This document shows positions 1-7,925 of a stretch of DNA of 64,000 nt, in pieces. The stretch is from an uncultured Planctomycetota bacterium (lineage in GTDB: Bacteria > Planctomycetota > Planctomycetia > Isosphaerales > Isosphaeraceae), in the NCBI GenBank assembly GCA_963845755.1, contig CAWJTV010000029.1, positions 192,001 through 256,000 on the forward strand. Direction: 5' to 3'. Numbering within the stretch: the first letter of the stretch is position 1; every line of letters starts with the position of its first letter. The translations under genes were made by a program, and so were the position numbers. The notes under the pieces were generated by a model. The model was not told where the DNA came from. It saw nothing but the letters and a program-made list of their open reading frames with translations, and ran no database searches.

Positions 1-564
1 CGCCAGGTGGTTTTGTCGGCCCGCGAAGCGGTTCTTGTTCATCCGGCTCGTATCGGCTGGCTGGATGCCGCCGCCACGGTCTAAGGCGGCCGGTCATACG
101 GTGCGGTTCGCTCAGTGTAGATGTTAAGCGGCCGGGCCGGTGTAGGTCCACTGACGAGTCAATCGGCGTGGAGAAGAAGCCGATTCTCATAATAAGATTC
201 CGGCAGCGCGAGCGCGCGTTGTCGCACGGCGTTGCTCAGCGCGGGGGCGGGGAAAAGACAGCCATGTGGGAATTGACGGGAAGCGGGTTTCGAACCTATG
301 CACGGACAATCCCCATGCCCGCCGAGTCGGCGGGTTTTACAGATGTCGTTTGATGGCCAATTCCGACCAGGAGCCACCTCGGTCTCGTCGGGGATCACGT
401 CTCGCCATACTGGTCTATCAGGGGAGCGACCCCACACAGCCTTATCCGACGTTGGTGATCCGAGACAGAGCGCCACGCTTTTTCCACGGCTTTTCGCCTT
501 GGGGTCAGATCCGACGTTGTTCGGCCCCTGGTCCGGATGGTCACTCTGTGGGATCGGCCTCCCC

Positions 565-627
565 GGCGGGGACCCGGGGTCGGCGGGGACCCGGGGTCAA
601 ACTTGGCGGGGACCCGCGGTCAGACTT
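565..627. repeat. Three near-tandem copies of 17-bp GGCGGGGACCCGGGGTC (REP-like)
   Basis: Copies at 565-581, 582-598 and 605-621 (one mismatch); the last two are followed by AAACTT/AGACTT. Confidence 0.7.
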
Positions 628-694
628 TGTGATCTGTTTCTCGGCGGGTTCCCCAAAAACAACAGATACCGGCGGCGACGGAGCCCGCTCAGGC

Positions 695-940
695 TCAATC
701 CTCCAGGCCCAATTCCTGAAGCGATTGCGCCTTCAGCAGCACACGAGTCATCGCCTTGAGCCGCTCGGGTTCCAGACTCTCGAGGCGCTCCTGGGCAATG
801 GGACTCAATGGGCCGAAGCGTGCCTCGAGGAGCTCCTGGAGCGTCATCCGCAGGCCCTGTTGCAGGCCCTGTTGCAGGCCCTGTTGCAGGCCCTGTTGCA
901 GGCCCTGTTGCACGCCTCTCTCGAATGTCGTCACCGCCAT
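695..940 (-). CDS. Candidate nested in-frame small protein (RpnS-like intragenic antitoxin, 81 aa)
   Basis: AGGAG at 954-950, 9-nt spacer, in-frame ATG at 940 (MAVTTFERG...). Confidence 0.55.
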   Translation of the reverse strand: MAVTTFERGVQQGLQQGLQQGLQQGLQQGLRMTLQELLEARFGPLSPIAQERLESLEPERLKAMTRVLLKAQSLQELGLED

Positions 941-1657
941 GGCTTGGATCTCCTGATAGCGCTCGGTCTGAAGCAATGCCTCTAATTCTTGTGCTTGCGC
1001 CTCGTCCAGATTCGCGTAGGCCTCCAGGCAGTCCAACAGCAGATACCGCCGAAAATCATTCTCCCGCGCCTCGGCCAGCCGCCGCAATGCCTCGGCATGC
1101 ACGGCCGCGCGCTGTTCCGGCGGCACCCGCATCAGGGCCGTCAACGCCACTCCCAGCAGATGCTCCCCGGCCAGGTACTGCTCGACCGGGAGACCCGGCA
1201 GCCCCACGTAGGCATACGTGAAGGAGAGCAGCCGATGGTCCCAGTATGTCTCCTCATAGACGTCCCAGCCGATCCCGTCGAGCCCAACCTGTAAATACAG
1301 CGCGATGGGCAAGACGGGCAGATCGTACTTGCGGCGGAGCTGCTCGTAATACGAGAACATCCGGGGTCGGAGCACGACCACCGTGTCCCGGGCTTCGATC
1401 TCGACATGGATCAAGGTCAGCCAGCAGTCGCCGGGCTGTCCCGGTGCCGGAGGCGGTACCCCAGGGCGCAGGGGCAGGCGGGCGACCAGGTCGAGGGCGC
1501 GGCGCTCGCCCCGGGGCGGGTCGGTGAAGACCTCCTGTTCCAGCCAGTCAACGCGTGAGAAATCGAAGCGGTCGGCCCAGTCGGGGAAGAACGTCTGGAA
1601 GAATTCGGCGAAGAACGTCTTCAACAACACTTTGAACCGCTGGTCATGGTCTACCAT
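695..1657 (-). CDS. Rpn/YhgA-like PD-(D/E)XK nuclease (putative transposase family) with variable DUF4351-like C-terminus
   Basis: N-terminal DHDQRFK..FF.EF...FFP, D..(ALDLVA)..LIHVEIE, RMFSYY..L...Y.LPVLPIALYL; GGAGG RBS upstream; GxQQ repeat tail followed by LEARFG. Confidence 0.85.
   Translation of the reverse strand: MVDHDQRFKVLLKTFFAEFFQTFFPDWADRFDFSRVDWLEQEVFTDPPRGERRALDLVARLPLRPGVPPPAPGQPGDCWLTLIHVEIEARDTVVVLRPRMFSYYEQLRRKYDLPVLPIALYLQVGLDGIGWDVYEETYWDHRLLSFTYAYVGLPGLPVEQYLAGEHLLGVALTALMRVPPEQRAAVHAEALRRLAEARENDFRRYLLLDCLEAYANLDEAQAQELEALLQTERYQEIQAMAVTTFERGVQQGLQQGLQQGLQQGLQQGLRMTLQELLEARFGPLSPIAQERLESLEPERLKAMTRVLLKAQSLQELGLED
850..909. repeat. 5 perfect 12-bp tandem repeats (GCAGGCCCTGTT) encoding (QQGL)n
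   Basis: Directly visible. Confidence 0.95.
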
Positions 1658-1774
1658 GGCAGGCTCCTCCGCCGGCGCCTCGGTTCTGTCTTCGGACCAC
1701 GGTGCGGTGGCGCGGAATTATGCCATACCAGCCGCCAAGCTGAGGACCGCGGTCGTTTGCGAGTCTGCGCCGAA

Positions 1775-2300
1775 TCACTGGCCAGGGGTCCGAGTGGCCT
1801 GGAGCGCTTCGCGTGCGGCCTGGATGGTCTGATCGATATCGTCCTCGGTGTGCGCCGCGGAGACGAAGGCGGCTTCGAACTGGCTGCAAGGCAGGTAGAC
1901 GCCGCGGGCGAGCATCTCCCAGAAGAAGCGGGCGAAGCGCCGGGTGTCGCTCCGTCGCGCGTCGTCGTAGTTGCGCACGGGGCCGTCGTGGAAGAAGAGG
2001 GTCAGCATGCTGCCAACGCGCTGGACGACGTGGGGGATTCCGGCGTCGGAGGCGGCCCGGTCGAGCCCTTCAGCCAGCCGGGCCGAGAGGGCTTCGAGCC
2101 GATCGTAGGGGGAATGGTCGCGGAGCGAGCGCAGCGTGGTCAGTCCGGCGGCCATCGCCAGGGGATTGCCCGAGAGCGTGCCGGCCTGGTAGATCGGCCC
2201 GACCGGTGAGACATGGTCCATGATCGCGGCCGATGCGCCATAGGCCGCCGCGGGCAAGCCATCGCCGACCACCTTACCCAGGACCGACAGGTCGGGCGTG
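1775..2300 (-). pseudogene. hemL: Displaced 3' fragment of hemL (second copy, no 5' part)
   Basis: 1795-2300 aligns ungapped to 15891-16396 with about 12 substitutions; GKVVGDGLP instead of GKVVGGGLP; different last residues (ATRTPGQ vs ASRS). Confidence 0.95.
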
Positions 2301-2341
2301 TCTCCATTTCCGGCTGAAGCCAGACGGTTCCCTGTCGGAAT

Positions 2342-2410
2342 CGGCTCCTGACCACGTTGTCACCCGGCTCTTGACCACGTTGTCGCTCGGCTCCTGACCA
2401 CGTTGTTCTC
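2342..2410. repeat. 3 x 23-bp tandem repeat CGGCTC(C/T)TGACCACGTTGT-N4
   Basis: Units start at 2342, 2365 and 2388; near-palindromic core TGAC-C-ACGT-T-GTC. Confidence 0.9.
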
Positions 2411-2518
2411 TCGGCGGGAAACGGGTGGCCGAGGCCGTCCGAGGGCGCTCTCCATATCCGACAATCCGACATGCGTCCATTCACAACTCACTTCCTTTCG
2501 GTCGCAGATTAACGTAAA

Positions 2519-5500
2519 TTGGCGCACTTGATCCTCCCGCTCGATGGAGTGGAGCCGGTCCTGGAACCGGGTGGGGCGAGCCGATGGAAGGAAGCGCGGC
2601 AACCGGATTACGGCAGCGAGGTCATCGTGGACATCCCCCTCGGCGAAGACTTGAGAAACGTGCAGATTCGCGCCGAGAGCAGTCAAGCGTCGTCGCCGAC
2701 AAGCCCGATCGATTTCTCCTCCGACCCTGAGTTGGTCCGGGTCGTGACCGAGGGCGAGCGGCTGGCGTTTGGCCACCAGTTCAACCCGGCGTTCGCCACG
2801 GAAATCTCGATGATCGACCCGCTGCCCCACCAGCGAATCGCGGTCTACGACCACATGCTGACGCAGCCCCGCCTACGGTTCCTCCTGGGCGACGAGCCGG
2901 GGGCCGGCAAGACCATCATGGCGGGGCTCTACATTCGCGAGATGCTGGCGCGCCGGCTGCTACGCCGAATCCTGATCGTCCCTCCAGCCGGACTGATCGG
3001 CAACTGGGAGCGCGAACTGCGCACCCTGTTCGGTCTGGACTTCGAGATCGTCTCGGGGGCGGATTCCCGTGCCGGCAACCCGTTCACGGGGCCGAAAGGC
3101 GACCAGGTCATCGTCAGTGTCGATACCCTGGCGAGCGAGCGCACTTTCGCCCGGCTCCAGGAATCCGGCGTCGAGCCATATGACCTGGCGATCTTCGACG
3201 AGGCACACAAGCTCGGCGCCGACCGCCAGCCCGACTTCACCATCCGCAAGACCGACCGCTACCAGGTCGCCGAGGTGCTGGCGGGGATCCCGGCCGGCGA
3301 CTCCCGCTGGTCGCTCGACTGGGCCTGCAACCACCTGCTGCTGCTAACGGCCACGCCCCACATGGGCAAGGACTTCCCGTACTTCTGCCTCTGGCGGCTG
3401 CTGGAACCCGAGGTCCTGGCCACTGTGGACGCCTTCAACGCTTATCCGGCCGATGCGCGACGTCGCCATTTCCTCCGCCGGACGAAGGAGGAGATGGTTA
3501 GCTTCGAGGGCAAGCGCATCTATCCAGGACGCGTCAGCGACACGCTCAGCTACGACCTATCCCAGGGGGAGATCAGCGAGCAGGCCCTCTACGACCAGAC
3601 GACCGCGTACATCGAGACCTATTACAACCGCTCTCGCATCCTCAACCGCTCGGCGGCCCGGCTGGCCATGTCCGTCTTCCAGCGCCGGCTCGCCAGCTCG
3701 ACCTACGCCCTGCTGAGGTCCTTCGAGCGCCGCCTGGGAAAGCTCGACGGTCTGATCGTCGCTATCGAGTCGGGCCGGATCACGGCCGGCGAGCTGGCGG
3801 CGATGCAACGGAAGCTGGACGACACCAAGGACGTCTTCGAGGAGGAGACTGGCGACGAGGAGACCCCCAAGGGGGACCAGGAGGAGAACGAGATCGCCGA
3901 GGCCAAGGCGCTGGGGGGCGTCGTGGCCGTCTCCCTCGCGGAGCTGATCGCCGAGCGGGACCAGGTCCGGGCGCTGCTGGAGCTGGCCAAGCAGGTGGAC
4001 GCCAGGGGGGACGAGTCGAAGTTCGACAAGCTCCGCGAGGTCCTGGGCGACCCCGAGACCCGCGGGGAGAAGCTGATCCTCTTCACCGAGCACCGCGACA
4101 CCCTCGACTACCTGGTCCGGCGACTCGAAGGGCTGGGCTTCACCGGGCGGGTGGCCCAGATTCACGGCGGGATGGACTTCCGCGAGCGGGAGCAGCAAAT
4201 CGCCTTCTTCGAGAGAAAACTCCACGACGGCGGCGCCGAGTTCATGGTATGCACCGACGCGGCCGGCGAGGGGCTCAACATGCAGTTCGCCTGGCGGCTG
4301 CTGAACTGGGACCTGCCCTGGAACCCGGCCCGGCTGGAACAGAGGATGGGCCGAATCCACCGCTACAAGCAGGAGCACGACCCGGTCACCATCGTCAACC
4401 TCCTGGCCGGCAAGACCCGCGAGGGGCGAGTGATGAAGACCCTGTTGGACAAGCTCGAACGCATCCGCAAAGAACTGGGCCGGGACAAGGTCTTCGACGT
4501 GATCGGCCGGCTGTTCGAGGGCGTTAGCATCAAGGAGTACATGGAGCGGGCGGTCACGAGCGAGGGGGCCGATGCGGCTTGCCGCGCCCTGGAGGGGACG
4601 CTCACCAAGGAGCAGGTCGAGGCCCTGGAGGCGAAGGAGCGACGGATCTATGGCGACGGTGGCGACGTGAAGGCGTACCTGGCGGCCGAGCGGGCGAAGC
4701 TGGACCGCGAGGGCTGGCGCCGGCTGTTGCCCGGCTACGTTCGCCGGTTCGTCGAGAAGTCGGCCCCGTTGCTGGACCTGGGTATCGATGGCGACCTGGA
4801 CGAGACGTTCGCTCTCAAGCCGCTCCGGCCCGGCGCCCTCGACTTCCTCTGGAACCTTCTGGAGACCTACCCGCCGGCCCGCCGGCAACGCCTGACCGTC
4901 CACAAGCCCAGGGACGCCGCCGAGGCGTTATTCCTCCATCCGGGGGAGCCGGTATTCGACCGGTGGCGGGTCCACGTTTGCGAGCGGTTCGCCGACGCCG
5001 CCCGCCGGGGCGGGGTCTTCGTGGACCCGACGGCGGCGGCAGCGTACCTGTACCACCTGGTGGCCGTGTCGGTGTCGCGGCGGGCAGACCCATCGCACCC
5101 GACGCTGGCGAGGGCCGAGGTCCTGGAACACCGGCTGGTTGGTCTGCGCCAGTCGGAGGATGGGACCGTCGAGCAGTGCCCGGTGGGGCACCTGCTGCTC
5201 TTAAAGGGCGGTCGCGGTGTGCCGGCGGACGTGAGGTCCATCGCGTCGCGTGCGGACGAGTTGGCGGCGATCGCCCAGACCTTCGCTGCGGAGAAGATTG
5301 CCCGGCCTCTGGCCGAGGGACGCCGCCGCGCGCGTCTGGAGGATCTCCCCTCACGGCTGGAGTTCGTCTCGCGGGGTTTCGAGTACCAGGACGCCGAGCT
5401 GGCCCAGGCGCGGGGGAAGCTGCGGGACAAGGCCCTGGCCGGGGACCCGAGGGCCAGGGGCGAGATGACCAAGATCAGGGACCGGCAGAAGGCGCTGTCG

Positions 5501-6019
5501 GCCCGGAGCGAGGCGGCACTGGCGGCACTGAGACGCGAACCGGAGCTAATCGGGGCCGACGAGGTCTCGTTCCTGGCCCATGCCCTGGTGGTCCCGACCG
5601 ACGACCCCGAGGAGCGGAAACGGTACGATGCGGAGATCGAGGCGATCGCGGTGAAGGTCGCCTGGGCGTTCGAGGAAGCGGCAGGCGCCATGGTCAAGGA
5701 CGTCTCCAAGCCGCACCTGGCGCGAGCGGCCGGCCTGGAGGAAAACCCAGGGTTCGACTTGCTCTCCGATCGGCCGGGGCGGTTCCAGCGCGGCATCGAG
5801 GTCAAGGGGCGGGTCGGCGTCGGCGAGGTCGAGCTGACCGAGAACGAATGGGTCAAGGCGTGCAACCAGCGCGCGCGGTACTGGCTGTACGTGGTGTTTG
5901 ATTGCGGGACGTCGCATCCCCGGCTGCTGCGCGTGCAGGATCCGTTTGGTAAACTGATCGCTAAGGCCAAAGGGAGCGTGCGGATCGCTGCGCAGGAGGT
6001 CTTCGACGCCGCGGAATGA
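2519..6019 (+). CDS. SNF2-type SF2 helicase with C-terminal DUF3883 (NOV-C, PD-(D/E)XK) nuclease; start uncertain
   Basis: GDEPGAGKT, DEAH, LLLTATPH, TDAAGEGLNMQ, WNPARLEQRMGRIHR; C-terminal GFDLLS..IEVKG..LTENEW. Confidence 0.92.
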   Translation: MAHLILPLDGVEPVLEPGGASRWKEARQPDYGSEVIVDIPLGEDLRNVQIRAESSQASSPTSPIDFSSDPELVRVVTEGERLAFGHQFNPAFATEISMIDPLPHQRIAVYDHMLTQPRLRFLLGDEPGAGKTIMAGLYIREMLARRLLRRILIVPPAGLIGNWERELRTLFGLDFEIVSGADSRAGNPFTGPKGDQVIVSVDTLASERTFARLQESGVEPYDLAIFDEAHKLGADRQPDFTIRKTDRYQVAEVLAGIPAGDSRWSLDWACNHLLLLTATPHMGKDFPYFCLWRLLEPEVLATVDAFNAYPADARRRHFLRRTKEEMVSFEGKRIYPGRVSDTLSYDLSQGEISEQALYDQTTAYIETYYNRSRILNRSAARLAMSVFQRRLASSTYALLRSFERRLGKLDGLIVAIESGRITAGELAAMQRKLDDTKDVFEEETGDEETPKGDQEENEIAEAKALGGVVAVSLAELIAERDQVRALLELAKQVDARGDESKFDKLREVLGDPETRGEKLILFTEHRDTLDYLVRRLEGLGFTGRVAQIHGGMDFREREQQIAFFERKLHDGGAEFMVCTDAAGEGLNMQFAWRLLNWDLPWNPARLEQRMGRIHRYKQEHDPVTIVNLLAGKTREGRVMKTLLDKLERIRKELGRDKVFDVIGRLFEGVSIKEYMERAVTSEGADAACRALEGTLTKEQVEALEAKERRIYGDGGDVKAYLAAERAKLDREGWRRLLPGYVRRFVEKSAPLLDLGIDGDLDETFALKPLRPGALDFLWNLLETYPPARRQRLTVHKPRDAAEALFLHPGEPVFDRWRVHVCERFADAARRGGVFVDPTAAAAYLYHLVAVSVSRRADPSHPTLARAEVLEHRLVGLRQSEDGTVEQCPVGHLLLLKGGRGVPADVRSIASRADELAAIAQTFAAEKIARPLAEGRRRARLEDLPSRLEFVSRGFEYQDAELAQARGKLRDKALAGDPRARGEMTKIRDRQKALSARSEAALAALRREPELIGADEVSFLAHALVVPTDDPEERKRYDAEIEAIAVKVAWAFEEAAGAMVKDVSKPHLARAAGLEENPGFDLLSDRPGRFQRGIEVKGRVGVGEVELTENEWVKACNQRARYWLYVVFDCGTSHPRLLRVQDPFGKLIAKAKGSVRIAAQEVFDAAE

Positions 6020-6050
6020 GCCATTTCCCCCGCTAATCAGTGGTTGACTT

Positions 6051-6104
6051 ACTCGTTCCCACGCTCCGCGTGGGAATGCCGTCTTCGACGCTCCGCGTCG
6101 TCTT
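6051..6104 (+). repeat. REP/REPIN arm, left (54-bp perfect inverted repeat with 6703-6756)
   Basis: ACTCGTTCCCACGCTCCGCGTGGGAATGCC... contains hairpin TTCCCACGC-TCC-GCGTGGGAA. Confidence 0.95.
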
Positions 6105-6138
6105 TCTTCTTCGACAACGTTCGTCTTCATGAGTCGAG

Positions 6139-6681
6139 ATGCCTGAAATGGGACGCAGTCGCTACAAGTTCGGGGAAGCGGGGTTCCCGCACTTTGTGAC
6201 CTGTACAGTCGTTGGCTGGCTCCCCGTGTTCACAAGGCGCGAAACCGTTCAGATCCTTCTGGATTCCTGGCAGTTTCTCCAGGATCAGAATCGCGTGGTG
6301 CTCCTGGGCTACGTGGTACTCGAGAACCATATCCACTTCATCGCCACGGCCGAGGACCTGTCGACCGACGTTGGCGATTTCAAGTCGTATACGGCACGAC
6401 GGATCATCGACTACCTCAGTGAGCGACACGTGCGGACTCTGCTGGATGGCCTGGCGTATCACAAAGCCCGGCACAAAAGCGACCGCGAGTTTCAACTCTG
6501 GCAGGAAGGAAGCCATCCGAAAATCATCGAGACCGAGGCGATGATGAGCCAGAAGTTGAGCTACATCCACGACAACCCGGTGAAGCGGGGCTACGTGGAC
6601 GATCCGACGCATTGGAGATACTCCAGTGCCCGGAACTATGCGAAGATGGAGTCCTTGGTTTCGGTGACAACCGACTGGTAA
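6139..6681 (+). CDS. REP-associated tyrosine (HUH/Y1) transposase, RAYT
   Basis: HFVT.T, YVVLENHIH (HUH), FKSYTAR, WQEGSH, YIHDNPV..G.V....W.YSS; flanked by REP arms. Confidence 0.93.
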   Translation: MPEMGRSRYKFGEAGFPHFVTCTVVGWLPVFTRRETVQILLDSWQFLQDQNRVVLLGYVVLENHIHFIATAEDLSTDVGDFKSYTARRIIDYLSERHVRTLLDGLAYHKARHKSDREFQLWQEGSHPKIIETEAMMSQKLSYIHDNPVKRGYVDDPTHWRYSSARNYAKMESLVSVTTDW

Positions 6682-6702
6682 CTCGGTGCGAAGCCGGGGC
6701 CG

Positions 6703-6756
6703 AAGACGACGCGGAGCGTCGAAGACGGCATTCCCACGCGGAGCGTGGGAACGAGT
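6703..6756 (-). repeat. REP/REPIN arm, right
   Basis: Exact reverse complement of 6051-6104. Confidence 0.95.
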
Positions 6757-6808
6757 TCACAAGATTGCTGCGCAGGAGGTCTTCGCAACGGCGGAGAGGA
6801 TGTGAACG

Positions 6809-7084
6809 ATGGACGCAGCACAGAACGAAGAGATCGCCGAAATCTTCAACCGGGTCAAGAATTGGTCTCCGCCTCAGCGGATCACCCTGGCCCGGCGCAT
6901 TCTCGAGACGCTGGAAGCGTCCGCCACCGCGGAAGCTGGGAGCCAACCGAAGATTGAGGAGCCGAAGCGGGGCTGGCCCGTCGAGAGGGTGCTGGGGCTG
7001 CTCAAGACCGATCGCGAGCCGCCGGACGACGAGGAATGCCGCCGGATCATCGAGGAGGAACGATGGAAGAAGTACGGCTCTTGA
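6809..7084 (+). CDS. Small antitoxin-like protein (paralog 1, no intact toxin downstream)
   Basis: Similar to 7165-7500 at both ends (W(S)P.Q.I.L.R.IL..LE; TD..PP.DEE..RI.EEER..K). Confidence 0.7.
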   Translation: MDAAQNEEIAEIFNRVKNWSPPQRITLARRILETLEASATAEAGSQPKIEEPKRGWPVERVLGLLKTDREPPDDEECRRIIEEERWKKYGS

Positions 7085-7164
7085 GCGGCTCCTGACCGAG
7101 GGGGCCGATCGAGATGGACGGATCCCTGTCCAGGAATTCTCTGCGGCCCGGAGGGAGATTCACG

Positions 7165-7500
7165 ATGAGCCTTGCCGAAACTCATGAGATTGGAGAAGTC
7201 TGGGACCGCATCAACGTGTGGTCGCCGACTCAGAAAATCGCCCTGATGCGCAAGATTCTGGACTCGCTGGAAGACGGGAGTCCGACACCGGTCCCGCTAG
7301 CGGAGTCGGAATGGGGTCAGTCCGCGGCTCGATCACCCGGGCTGCCCGAGCGGGATCGAACCCAAGCCACCGGGAGCAATCAACCGCCGAAGAAAACGCT
7401 GGCCGACTTCCTCGGCGCGTTCCAGACGGACGGTCCTCCGCCGACCGACGAAGAGGTCCAGCGCATCCTTGAGGAGGAACGGATGAGGAAATCCGGATGA
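7165..7500 (+). CDS. Small antitoxin-like protein (paralog 2) coupled to PIN gene
   Basis: GGAGGGAG RBS before ATG 7165; ATGA overlap with the PIN gene. Confidence 0.72.
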   Translation: MSLAETHEIGEVWDRINVWSPTQKIALMRKILDSLEDGSPTPVPLAESEWGQSAARSPGLPERDRTQATGSNQPPKKTLADFLGAFQTDGPPPTDEEVQRILEEERMRKSG

Positions 7501-7925
7501 AACGACTCCTGCTCGATACGAACATCCTGCTCGACGTGCTCTTGCGTCGCCTGCCCTGGCAGGCCGAGGCCGAGGCGATACTCGAAGCCTTCCGGAGCGG
7601 ACAACTGGTTGTTGTCGTCTCACCGTTGACGATCGCCAACGCGTTCTACGTGGGCCGCCGGAGCGTGGGGACGGTCGCCACCAGAGTTTGGGTTCGCGAG
7701 TGCCTCGATGCGTTCGAGATCGTCCCGCTGGATCTGGCCATCCTCAAGGCTGCCGACCAGTTGCCCGGCTCGGATTTCGAGGATGGGATTCAGATCGCAT
7801 CGGCCGTCAATTCGGGCGTTGATGCCATCGTGACGCGTGATCCAAAGGGTTTCGCCGGTTCCTCGGTCCCTGTCCTCTCTCCCGCCGAATTGCTGGCCCT
7901 CCTGCCGAAGGACGACCATGCCTGA
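7497..7925 (+). CDS. PIN-domain (VapC-like) ribonuclease toxin
   Basis: LLDTNILLD, DFEDGIQIASA, IVTRD.KGF. Confidence 0.9.
   Translation: MKRLLLDTNILLDVLLRRLPWQAEAEAILEAFRSGQLVVVVSPLTIANAFYVGRRSVGTVATRVWVRECLDAFEIVPLDLAILKAADQLPGSDFEDGIQIASAVNSGVDAIVTRDPKGFAGSSVPVLSPAELLALLPKDDHA

Noticed and set aside
1..560. Coding gene or ncRNA in the first 560 bp
   Set aside because: ORFs are not protein-like and I recognise no RNA family.
1775..2272. Functional second aminotransferase gene
   Set aside because: It is only the last third of hemL, with no proper start and a substitution in the GGG motif.
2342..2410. CRISPR array
   Set aside because: Units are contiguous with only about 4 variable bases; there are no spacers.
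7075..7097. CGGCTCTTGA / CGGCTCCTGACC matching the 23-bp repeat at 2342
   Set aside because: Only 10-12 bp in GC-rich DNA, lacks the palindromic core, and is explained equally well as a PIN start vestige.
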